The notes below the pieces were generated by a model. The model ran no database searches. It was not told the origin of the DNA and saw only the letters and a program-made list of their open reading frames with translations. Below are positions 27,333 through 35,330 of a DNA stretch of 64,000 nt, one piece after another. The first letter of the stretch is position 1; every line of letters starts with the position of its first letter. The position numbers and the translations under genes were made by a program. Source of the stretch: a virus; IMG/VR virus record IMGVR_UViG_3300047508_000265, positions 1 to 64,000 of that record; one strand, 5' to 3'.

Positions 27333-27507
27333 AAACAATATGGTTGACCTCTACTTTGAATAACACAAATTCCGCTTTGGGTCCAGAGGATTTCTCACTT
27401 TTGTATAAGCTAACTCCTCCACTAGTAAAATAACCGGCAACCATAGGCGCAGCAGCACATCCGCTAAGTAAATAGATCGCCACAATAGCTTCAATACACT
27501 TTATCAT
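27319..27507 (-). CDS. small predicted lipoprotein
   Basis: IVAIYLLSGC lipobox. Confidence 0.55.
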   Translation of the reverse strand: MIKCIEAIVAIYLLSGCAAAPMVAGYFTSGGVSLYKSEKSSGPKAEFVLFKVEVNHIVYENK

Positions 27508-27700
27508 TTTCTGGATCGGGATTGGCCCACTTAGCTTTGGGCGGGTCTATACTGAAATGGAAGTCAATTTTTATGTTGAAGCGATCGAGGAGCCCGTGAA
27601 GAATTCCTGCCGCCCGCATTTCAAAATCTTGGGCGATTGGGCCCAGAGTTTGAACAGCTTCTAAGCCCGCTTCTTTACCAGTACTAGCGAATAAGCCCAT
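27491..27700 (-). CDS. hypothetical protein
   Basis: ORF track; packed in the operon. Confidence 0.55.
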   Translation of the reverse strand: MGLFASTGKEAGLEAVQTLGPIAQDFEMRAAGILHGLLDRFNIKIDFHFSIDPPKAKWANPDPENDKVY

Positions 27701-27764
27701 AATAGTCCTGCTGCCGCAATAACCTGTAAGCTGTTAACTTCTATTAGAAATTGAAAATAGGCGA

Positions 27765-28121
27765 TTAGCACCCGGATTGCACTTTGACAGCCAGTGCCTC
27801 TAAAACTTGGTTTACTTGAGCAGGAGTAACCGGATGCGCTGCTACAAAGTCATCTATAATCCCTCTGATGAAATCGGTGTATTGATTCCCAGACGGTAGC
27901 CAACTGTCAGCCAATGCTTGCAGTGCCGCCGGAATTCTGGTCGCATCTCTAGCAAGTGCACTGCCTTCAAGACTGCGTATAGCAATTGCAAACGCCTGTT
28001 TATAAACACAAGAATTAGGTCCAAGAACGCATACGTATTTTGTTCCTGTGGTTTTATTCACACAGCACCCACTTTGAAAGAGCATTGCTACTGATAAAAT
28101 TAAGGCGATTAGATATTTCAT
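27765..28121 (-). CDS. predicted lipoprotein
   Basis: MKYLIALILSVAMLFQSGC signal with lipobox-like Cys; ATGA-coupled start. Confidence 0.6.
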   Translation of the reverse strand: MKYLIALILSVAMLFQSGCCVNKTTGTKYVCVLGPNSCVYKQAFAIAIRSLEGSALARDATRIPAALQALADSWLPSGNQYTDFIRGIIDDFVAAHPVTPAQVNQVLEALAVKVQSGC

Positions 28122-28300
28122 GGACAACCTTCGCTAATGTTTCCGCTCATTGCAGGAAAACCTTTTCCAGAATCTCCTGCACGTTCATCAGAAGGCCCGC
28201 CATCACCACTGCCAATACCGAAAGATTTGCAAGTTTCACTGGCGATATCCTCTGGCATAATTGGAGCGCCGCTGGCGCCTTTTATTAGATCTTCGTTCAT
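28118..28300 (-). CDS. small Gly/Pro-rich protein downstream of capsid gene
   Basis: AAAGGA RBS; ORF track. Confidence 0.6.
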   Translation of the reverse strand: MNEDLIKGASGAPIMPEDIASETCKSFGIGSGDGGPSDERAGDSGKGFPAMSGNISEGCP

Positions 28301-28313
28301 TTATTTCCTTTCG

Positions 28314-28562
28314 TTAACAATTGGTTCCAAATGTCCCGCGAGCGAGCCCGTATTGAGAAACACTAGGATCGCCAGCTTTAATATCCGGATTCATATTCAC
28401 CGGTTCCGCCTCGGGAACAATCTTAGGTTTGGTTGGAGGAGACATAAACGGTTTCATGGATGCCATAGCATCCCCCTCTCCGTCGCCACCACCATCGCGT
28501 CTTAAGGCGGGTGGTCTTGAAGCTGTAGATGGTGTATTAGTTCCTGTAGGTATTTGATCCAT
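28314..28562 (-). CDS. small Pro-rich protein downstream of capsid gene
   Basis: ORF track; follows the post-MCP hairpin. Confidence 0.6.
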   Translation of the reverse strand: MDQIPTGTNTPSTASRPPALRRDGGGDGEGDAMASMKPFMSPPTKPKIVPEAEPVNMNPDIKAGDPSVSQYGLARGTFGTNC

Positions 28563-28578
28563 AAATTAATGTAGGACC

Positions 28579-28609
28579 GCGCAGCAGAACTGTCAAGGTT
28601 CTGCTGCGC
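28579..28609 (-). terminator. 12-bp perfect hairpin after the capsid gene (attenuator or mRNA stabiliser)
   Basis: GCGCAGCAGAAC-7nt-GTTCTGCTGCGC; no strong U-tract. Confidence 0.6.
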
Positions 28610-28625
28610 TAATCCAAGTTAAGGT

Positions 28626-29789
28626 TTAGGCACCAGTACAACCAGTGTCGCCAGGAATCACTGGACCACAGCGTAAGTGACGAATCACATAACCGAGGTC
28701 AGGACGCTCTTCTTTTATCCCATACGCAAATAGCGCACGGAAGAAGCCGATGTTGCCATCGATATTGCAGTCCCGGGACGGGATGTTGCGCCACACGAAC
28801 TCACCTGCCCACGAATACTGGGCGAGATAGGTCATGCCGCCAATGTTGCCCTGAGGCTTGGGAATCAGCACACGAAGAACTTCCTCGTGATAGATTACCG
28901 TATCCTCGTAGTCAGCATCTTTGTAGACGTCATTAACCAGCCATTTCTGACCGCGAGAAGCACTTGCAGCAGAATACGGATATCTCCGCGCATAGGCGCC
29001 GGTCACGATATCGTATCTAGGCGGAAACTGCACAGCTTGGAATTTAAAGCCATGGTAAACTTTTCCGCCAAGCCCAGGAGCACCAACCAATACATCAGGT
29101 TCGTTAAACGAGAAATACCGGTAGTCATTCCTGTTATTGGAACTCAGTTTCTTGAGGTTGTTGAACGTGTAATTCGAGCCAACCGCTGTGTAAACAGCAG
29201 TGCCATCATCAACACGCGCAGTAGGTTTCAAAGTTCCGCCATTATACCCAAGCTCTTGGTGAATTGTTTCAAGCAACTCAAAGCTCAAGGTTGATGTAGG
29301 CGGAACAGAAGCGTCAAAGGTTGTCTCAATCGTAGGCGAGGCGCCTATAGCTGAAACACAATTAGCTGAATGGGCGATTACTTCTGTTTGATAGGTCTGG
29401 GACCAAACCCACTTTGAATTCTCGGCGAGAACTCTAGTTACGTTTTTGATCTGGTCTAGCACCTGCCATTGGAACTTGAAATCATCCAAGCAGATATCTG
29501 GACTATTGACGGCAGCTTTCTTCAAAGCCACGGTCTTCACATCAACAGCGAAACTGTCAATGTTATAGCCAGTGATAGAACATGCGCCGGTACCGATCAG
29601 GTTATTACCTGTGGCACCAGTGGCGCTGAGAGTTGCAAACGACTGGAAGAAATCCGCATCCGTTACCGCTTTCGTGATTAACGATCGCTGATATATTGGG
29701 TACGAATATTGATAGCCTTGGCCGTCAAGCCAAGGTTCCTTCGGCAGTGTTTTAATGTAAAAATCTGAGTCTTGAATTTGGACTGCAAC
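28626..29789 (-). CDS. major capsid protein, exon 2 (spliced product 407 aa)
   Basis: Position after portal and scaffold, size, downstream hairpin; joins in frame to exon 1 after intron removal. Confidence 0.8.
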   Translation of the reverse strand, partial: VAVQIQDSDFYIKTLPKEPWLDGQGYQYSYPIYQRSLITKAVTDADFFQSFATLSATGATGNNLIGTGACSITGYNIDSFAVDVKTVALKKAAVNSPDICLDDFKFQWQVLDQIKNVTRVLAENSKWVWSQTYQTEVIAHSANCVSAIGASPTIETTFDASVPPTSTLSFELLETIHQELGYNGGTLKPTARVDDGTAVYTAVGSNYTFNNLKKLSSNNRNDYRYFSFNEPDVLVGAPGLGGKVYHGFKFQAVQFPPRYDIVTGAYARRYPYSAASASRGQKWLVNDVYKDADYEDTVIYHEEVLRVLIPKPQGNIGGMTYLAQYSWAGEFVWRNIPSRDCNIDGNIGFFRALFAYGIKEERPDLGYVIRHLRCGPVIPGDTGCTGA

Positions 29790-30009
29790 CAATATTGTTA
29801 CTACCTTTTCAGGCGGCTATGAGCTTTCGCCATAGCTCTTTGGTTTTATCTATATCCAAAGATCGGACTATATCATCCCTTTCGGGCCCTGCGTATAGTC
29901 TCTACGGGGTCATTTACGACTTCCCTCGGTATTGTCCTTTTCAGGAGTTTCACCGATATAGCAAGGTTTTCCATTTCAGCTATTTCTAACTGAAACGCGA
30001 CGTTGGTCC
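29790..30009 (-). ncRNA. group I self-splicing intron, 220 nt, ORF-less
   Basis: P7 GACTA/TAGTC in GTAGAGACTA and GATATAGTCC; P3 CCTTGC/GCAGGG; P4 TCGGTG/TACCGA; GAAA-capped P2, P5, P8, P9.x; P1 U.G pair at CGAU|G; terminal G; P10 CAAC/GUUG. Confidence 0.92.
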
Positions 30010-30069
30010 ATCGTTCCGAATTAGCATCGAATGATCAAGAAACAGATTTTCTAAAGCAGTACATGCCAT
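30010..30069 (-). CDS. major capsid protein, exon 1 (MACTALENLFLDHSMLIRND)
   Basis: ATG at 30069; 20 codons end at the 5' splice site; the unspliced frame stops in the intron. Confidence 0.85.
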
Positions 30070-30095
30070 AATAAAATCTTTCTTAAAAGGTTACA

Positions 30096-30240
30096 CTGAG
30101 GATATTCCTATCGCCTAATGCGATAAGTCTCAGCTTTCTCCCTTTCCGCAGCGGTTATGAACTCGGATTAGGGAACTCCGAAACCGCGAAAAGCTAATTA
30201 AGGGTTAGCAACCCTGCGCCTTATTATCCTTCGAGCGCAC
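30096..30240 (-). promoter_or_regulatory. structured 5' leader of capsid gene
   Basis: Nested inverted repeats CTGAG/CTCAG, TATCGC/GCGATA, AGCTTT/AAAGCT, GCGGTT/AACCGC, AGGGTT/AACCCT. Confidence 0.45.
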
Positions 30241-30269
30241 TTGTTCTTTAACACCAACAAACTAACTCG

Positions 30270-30731
30270 TCAAGAAATTTCTTTATGAGGACAAACGCCA
30301 TAGTTAGATTTGGCGTTATTGCAATTGTGGCACAACACTTGAAAGCCTTTAGGAAATTTATTCTTTTTTAACCAACGATAAAAATCAGTTCCCGCTCTTC
30401 CATTAGTGTATTTACGTCTATGAGCATTGCCCCTTCCTTCTATATGATCAATTACTAAAAATTGAAAGATATCTTCACCACAACAAGCGCATTTAGATGG
30501 CGTACCGCCATAATGCTCCAAGCATTCTTTTCGAAGAGCTTGTTCCCGTTTCTTTTTCTTTGCGATAATCTCTACAGAATGATTACGATACCAGACTTTC
30601 CATCCCTTTCGTCTAGATCGTTTCCCTTTTTCGGACATGTAATATCGACGACTAGCTGCCTTCCCTTTGTCAGAATGGTTGTACCGGTATTCAGTAGCAA
30701 GTCGAGCTTCGCGCCGTTCATGAATATTCAC
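30270..30731 (-). CDS. HNH homing endonuclease, family B
   Basis: YGG...CACCGE....LVIDHIEGRG..HR...FYRWLKKNKFPKGFQVLCHNCN. Confidence 0.88.
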   Translation of the reverse strand: MNIHERREARLATEYRYNHSDKGKAASRRYYMSEKGKRSRRKGWKVWYRNHSVEIIAKKKKREQALRKECLEHYGGTPSKCACCGEDIFQFLVIDHIEGRGNAHRRKYTNGRAGTDFYRWLKKNKFPKGFQVLCHNCNNAKSNYGVCPHKEIS

Positions 30732-30772
30732 TATCCTAATATTACCAGATTACTGGTACAATATCAAGATAA

Positions 30773-32065
30773 TTATTGCGGTAAGATATTCGGTAGACTC
30801 TTCTTCAATACATCAATGAAGCTCGCACTCTCTGCGGGTTTCGCAGAAGCCGGTGCGGGAGCAGGAGGAGCGCCGCCGCCAGCAGGGGGTGTGCCACCAC
30901 GCAATTTGGTAACCTCTTCCTCTAAGTCTTGGTTACTTTTGACCAAGTCAGCAACAAGACCGAGAGTCATATCCAAAGCTTCCTTCTTATAAAGAGCCTC
31001 GGCGATAGCGCTATTAGGCATACGAGCAACGTCTACAGCTTGAACTCGTGCAATCGCCTGCTGCATATTTGTATCCCAAGCAGCATCCTTGGTAATGCCA
31101 AAGATAGGAATGTTCTGGGCGAGATTCTTTAGAGTATCCGTGAGTGCGCTCTTCCAATTCGCCTGATATTCCTGCACCGCTTGATCGTTGGCTTGTTTAG
31201 CAGTTCGCCTGTTCTCCTCAAGTTTCTGCATCGCAAACTCAAGAACCTGTTGCTTCTCTACATTCAATCGGTCGTAATCAAGCACAGATCGATCGAACCC
31301 AGTCATATCTAGGCGATTAAAGCCCGCGGATAATTCGGACAATTTATCGCTTCTTACAGTTTGATCGGGCTCCATCAACGCCGAACGCAATTCAGTAGGA
31401 TCGATCTTATATTTAGTAGAATACGCCTTGAAGCTGTTCTCGACAGTCTCAAGCGGCTTGGCGATCTTGTTCTGGAACTCTTCAGTATTCTGATAATCTA
31501 CAATCGACAAGCGTTTCTCATAATCATTTACTTTGTCTTGGAGTAGTTTGACCTCGGCTTCATTTACCGGCGGAGCTTGTGACGCCGAAGAAAGCTTCTG
31601 TTCCGCCTCGGCAAGTTTCGCCTCTGAATCTTTCAGATTTCTTCGAAGAATCTTAAACGCCGTTCCCGCAGCGACCGTCATCTTGCTCTGGGCAGCATCT
31701 AACTGTGCTTCTGTGGGAGCCGCCGCTGTCGCACCGGTGGCGCCAGTTTCAGCCGTAGGACCGGTAGCGCCCGTATCAGCCGCTGCTGTCGCACCGGTAG
31801 CAGCCGTATCACCTGTCGCACCAGTCTCTGCAGTAGCTCCTGTGGCCGCGGTATCGCCTGTAGCGCCGGTCGGAGCCGGTTCTGCAGCCGCTGTAGCGCC
31901 GGTAGCACCAGTGTCAGCAGCCGCTGTAGCGCCGGTTGGAGCCGGTTCGTTTTCTAAATTTCCTTTTGCTGGCAGGGCTTCTGGCGGAATAACGCCTCCT
32001 GGGTAAGCTGCTGCTAAAGCGGCTTCGAATGATGTAACGGCGGTATTTGTGACGGGTTCGGGCAT
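30773..32065 (-). CDS. capsid scaffolding protein with N-terminal TGAT-rich tract
   Basis: Between portal and MCP; long coiled coil; Pro/Ala linker and short C-terminal helix. Confidence 0.7.
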   Translation of the reverse strand: MPEPVTNTAVTSFEAALAAAYPGGVIPPEALPAKGNLENEPAPTGATAAADTGATGATAAAEPAPTGATGDTAATGATAETGATGDTAATGATAAADTGATGPTAETGATGATAAAPTEAQLDAAQSKMTVAAGTAFKILRRNLKDSEAKLAEAEQKLSSASQAPPVNEAEVKLLQDKVNDYEKRLSIVDYQNTEEFQNKIAKPLETVENSFKAYSTKYKIDPTELRSALMEPDQTVRSDKLSELSAGFNRLDMTGFDRSVLDYDRLNVEKQQVLEFAMQKLEENRRTAKQANDQAVQEYQANWKSALTDTLKNLAQNIPIFGITKDAAWDTNMQQAIARVQAVDVARMPNSAIAEALYKKEALDMTLGLVADLVKSNQDLEEEVTKLRGGTPPAGGGAPPAPAPASAKPAESASFIDVLKKSLPNILPQ

Positions 32066-32066
32066 A

Positions 32067-32396
32067 TTAAACGACTACCTTTCCTTCTAGGATTTCTTGT
32101 GCTCTTTCTTCGACATTGCCTGAATCCCATGGTTTTCGGTCAGGCATGCGATGAACATTTAGTTCAGCAAGTTTAAGTAAATTTTGAAGCGCAGCCTCGT
32201 ATCCAGCTTTCTTAGCGCCGTATACTGCGTAGACTTCCATTAAATTAGGAGCGCTTAAAGGAGGAGAACCAGAAGCTTCGTAAAGTTGTTCTTTAACGAT
32301 TGCCAATGCATCGACAAATGCAGGCTGTTGCATTAACTCGGCGAGTTCTCTACGTCTTGTTGGAGATTCTTTCCACTGATCTAATAATGAGGGCAT
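32067..32396 (-). CDS. conserved small protein between portal and scaffold
   Basis: Helical 109 aa; synteny. Confidence 0.6.
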   Translation of the reverse strand: MPSLLDQWKESPTRRRELAELMQQPAFVDALAIVKEQLYEASGSPPLSAPNLMEVYAVYGAKKAGYEAALQNLLKLAELNVHRMPDRKPWDSGNVEERAQEILEGKVVV

Positions 32397-32438
32397 ACGA
32401 TTATCTGAATTTACAGGCCCAATCTAGGGCGATGATTA

Positions 32439-32466
32439 CTTATCTCACACGGAATTTACTTGTCAA
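32439..32466 (-). promoter_or_regulatory. promoter TTGACA-16-GATAAG (TGAGATAA variant)
   Basis: Consensus -35 plus the TGAGATAA core shared with the rightward promoters. Confidence 0.5.
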
Positions 32467-32590
32467 CCAAAATCAGGATGCCCGCGAGAACGGCCACAAT
32501 TCCAACAATTACAGCAGGAATTGGAAGACCGAACGAGACAAGCCCGAATAGGATCAAGAAAATTGCGAGAGCTATAGTTCCGAGTTTCAT
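32456..32590 (-). CDS. small two-TM membrane protein (44 aa)
   Basis: Translated by hand: MKLGTIALAIFLILFGLVSFGLPIPAVIVGIVAVLAGILILVDK. Confidence 0.6.
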   Translation of the reverse strand: MKLGTIALAIFLILFGLVSFGLPIPAVIVGIVAVLAGILILVDK

Positions 32591-32601
32591 AAGCACCAAC
32601 A

Positions 32602-34845
32602 CTACGCAGTTTGTTTAGCTTGTCCACTAACTTTTTGAGCCGCGGCGGCGTCCGCTAACGCTCGCGCCTGCGCTGCCGTAGCCGCCTTCTCTTTCATAGT
32701 TGATTGATGAAGTTCTTCTCGATGCCGTATCTTCTGACTGTGCTCCTCTTGGGATTGACGGAGATTCTGAGCATGCTCATTCTCAGCCGCTTGAGAAGCA
32801 GGATCGGGCGGAGGAGGTTGAGTCGCAGCTTTAATCTGATCTTTCATCGCCTGCCGCTTGGCCCTATCGTCCGCTGCAGAAGTGCGCTCGGCTAAATTAT
32901 TAAATTTCCTAGTCAACTCAGCAACTAACTTCTCCTGCAATTTATCCGGTTTCAAAAGCTGCATATGCTGCGCGGAATGTTTCGTCTTCAATATCGCCAC
33001 CTGCAAAAGTTGCGGGGTGGCCTGACCCTGTTCAAGTTGAACTAAGTCGTTCTCCAAACTGGGTAAATGCGCCTGTAGATGAAGAATATGATGATCGTTG
33101 GGCATGACCGACATAGGAACACCATTACTCATTGCGACATTTTGGAGTTCGGCAATCTCGGCATCAAGCGGAGTCCGGCCATTCATTTGAATTGAAGGAA
33201 CAAATTCGTCTACTTGTGCGTATCCTACCTTTTGAGCAAACTTAGCACGAAGCAAATTATTCTGGCCCACTGGATCAAGGGAACCCCAATAATCCATAAA
33301 GTCATCGAACGCAGCCTCTCTCGCTGCGGGCGAACCATACCCAACTGCACGATAAGGTTCCACCCAAGAAGTGAGATCCATTAGCATGACTTCAGGAACG
33401 CCTCGCCTCATACATCTTTCTCTATAGGCGAAAACTTGTATGCCTCCAGGATCGTTTTGCTTTAGCTTTGGATTTTTAACTCGCCGCCATACCTCGTTCA
33501 GGTGGCGCTTCCATGGCTGATAGAAAAGATTCAAGGACGCTGTTGGAAGAACTGACTCCTCGGCGATATCCGCTCGCTTCTCGAATTTGGTTTTTCTCTG
33601 ATCGCCACTTTGCTTCTGATTTACATTAGGCTGCTGATCCTGCAGCAACATAGACATGTCCTGAATAATTGGAAGCATGCTATCAGATGGATTCTGAAGT
33701 TTTGTCTGAACCACATTAACCTCAGGTGGGATATAGACCACACCACCGTACCAAATCAAAGCCATATCCTCCGCCTCAGTAGCTGACTTAGGCTGAATAA
33801 TCATGCTACCCGCCAATCGAGCGTTATCTACCGATTGATTACGAACTGTGTTAAGAACCTGTGCTTCGGGATACCTTTCATGAGCTAGGCCCCTGACGGA
33901 ATGCAACTGACCGTTGGTCCCAACCTCGTAAGGAAAAAAGTTGAAACATTGATTAACGTTCTCGAACCGATTTTCGTACTTGAATAAGTAGTCTTCATTA
34001 TCGCCAAGGCGCAAAGTTAAGTAATAGGAAACTTTCCCGGAATATTCTTTCACCCAGCAGTGAGCTAACTTCACATACTCATTCGCCTTTGTAGCTGCAA
34101 AAATGTCGTTATTTTTAAGAATCGTTTCCCACTTTTCCCATTCTCCCTGCGACCAAACTGCCTGCTGATTGTACGCCTTTAATATCGCCTTATAAACTTC
34201 CGGCCTGTTCCAACGCTTATCTCCGGGATCGCTTTGCATACACCATTGATAAAGAGTAGATACTGTAACCTCTCGAAATGCTACAGCGATATCTACTTCC
34301 TCTTCAGCAAGTGTAGTTCCGCGAGCCATCTTAAAGTCCTCCATACCCGCAACTCGCCACTGCCAATTCAAGTCGTCCTGAAAATACAGAAATCCCATAC
34401 CATGAGTAACAAATTTCTGAACAAGCAATTGATGGTACGTTTCAAAAGACGACCAATCCTTTAACATCTTATGAAATTCTTCCGACATGACGGAACACCA
34501 CTCTGATCGCTTAGTGGGATCAACGTCCATGTTAGAATTCACACGAGCCAATACTGGAACTGATTCAGTTAGATCATAATAAGATACACACTCTCGTTTT
34601 ACTCTACGCTTAAGATCAAGGAAGTTTAAGTTAGCACGACCTTCTTGTCCCGAATCTCGCATATACTGTTCATCATATGGCGCCTTGCCATCAACTGCAG
34701 CCTGTATGTCCTGTCGCTGCAAGGCAGAAATTAAATCCAACTCAACAATCTTCTTGACAATATTGTTAAGAGACCCAACATCGGCGATACGCGTTTTAGG
34801 GGCTTTGCCGGTTTCTGTTATTTGAGCGAAGTTAAAATCTGCGAT
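32602..34845 (-). CDS. portal protein (probable ATC start at 34845; ORF track starts at TTG 34740)
   Basis: Follows TerL; portal-like NFLD..R and Q..LN..RN...DNA.L motifs; DDH..H...H C-terminal motif; frame open 35 codons upstream of the TTG. Confidence 0.8.
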   Translation of the reverse strand: MADFNFAQITETGKAPKTRIADVGSLNNIVKKIVELDLISALQRQDIQAAVDGKAPYDEQYMRDSGQEGRANLNFLDLKRRVKRECVSYYDLTESVPVLARVNSNMDVDPTKRSEWCSVMSEEFHKMLKDWSSFETYHQLLVQKFVTHGMGFLYFQDDLNWQWRVAGMEDFKMARGTTLAEEEVDIAVAFREVTVSTLYQWCMQSDPGDKRWNRPEVYKAILKAYNQQAVWSQGEWEKWETILKNNDIFAATKANEYVKLAHCWVKEYSGKVSYYLTLRLGDNEDYLFKYENRFENVNQCFNFFPYEVGTNGQLHSVRGLAHERYPEAQVLNTVRNQSVDNARLAGSMIIQPKSATEAEDMALIWYGGVVYIPPEVNVVQTKLQNPSDSMLPIIQDMSMLLQDQQPNVNQKQSGDQRKTKFEKRADIAEESVLPTASLNLFYQPWKRHLNEVWRRVKNPKLKQNDPGGIQVFAYRERCMRRGVPEVMLMDLTSWVEPYRAVGYGSPAAREAAFDDFMDYWGSLDPVGQNNLLRAKFAQKVGYAQVDEFVPSIQMNGRTPLDAEIAELQNVAMSNGVPMSVMPNDHHILHLQAHLPSLENDLVQLEQGQATPQLLQVAILKTKHSAQHMQLLKPDKLQEKLVAELTRKFNNLAERTSAADDRAKRQAMKDQIKAATQPPPPDPASQAAENEHAQNLRQSQEEHSQKIRHREELHQSTMKEKAATAAQARALADAAAAQKVSGQAKQTA

Positions 34846-35299
34846 AAAAATCCCTTCCTTTAATTAGATTATCTCGGGCCCAAAGCGGCTGGGTATTGGT
34901 ATAATGAAAGGCAGCTTTCTGACCAGCTAATGTAGTAAGGTCAAATTTACAAATTGGGATTTTGTGGTCAATGTGCCATTCACCATAATTTGTCCAAGAC
35001 ATCCCAGGAACAAACTGTCGCTCAAGAAAAGTTTTGTAAAAGTGATAAGAACAGCCCAACAACTCCTTAGTATGCCCCATTTTCAGTAATCCAGATACCG
35101 CTCTTCGCACACGTTCACGACAACTATGTCGTAACTTAACTAAAGGTTTTTGTTTATATTTTCGACAAGCCGCTTTATGCTTTTCTGGATTAGCTAACTG
35201 CCAGCATTTACGGTATCCTTTAAATTCTTCAGGATGTCCTAATGCCCATAAATACTTGTACATTCTTCTTTCCAAATCAGTTAACTTGGCCATGATCAA
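34832..35299 (-). CDS. HNH endonuclease, family C (LLGCS...QF..GMSW.NYGEWHIDH...FHYTN.QPLW)
   Basis: Recognisable motif string; has its own TTGACT-16-TAAGAT promoter at 35303-35330. Confidence 0.88.
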   Translation of the reverse strand: MIMAKLTDLERRMYKYLWALGHPEEFKGYRKCWQLANPEKHKAACRKYKQKPLVKLRHSCRERVRRAVSGLLKMGHTKELLGCSYHFYKTFLERQFVPGMSWTNYGEWHIDHKIPICKFDLTTLAGQKAAFHYTNTQPLWARDNLIKGRDFYRRF

Positions 35300-35330
35300 T
35301 TAATCTTAGGCGATGCCCCGATAAAGTCAA

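Noticed and set aside
29795-29989. 64-aa plus-strand ORF and the TTG start of the capsid ORF at 29792
   Set aside because: Both fall within the group I intron; splicing gives a better ATG-started MCP.
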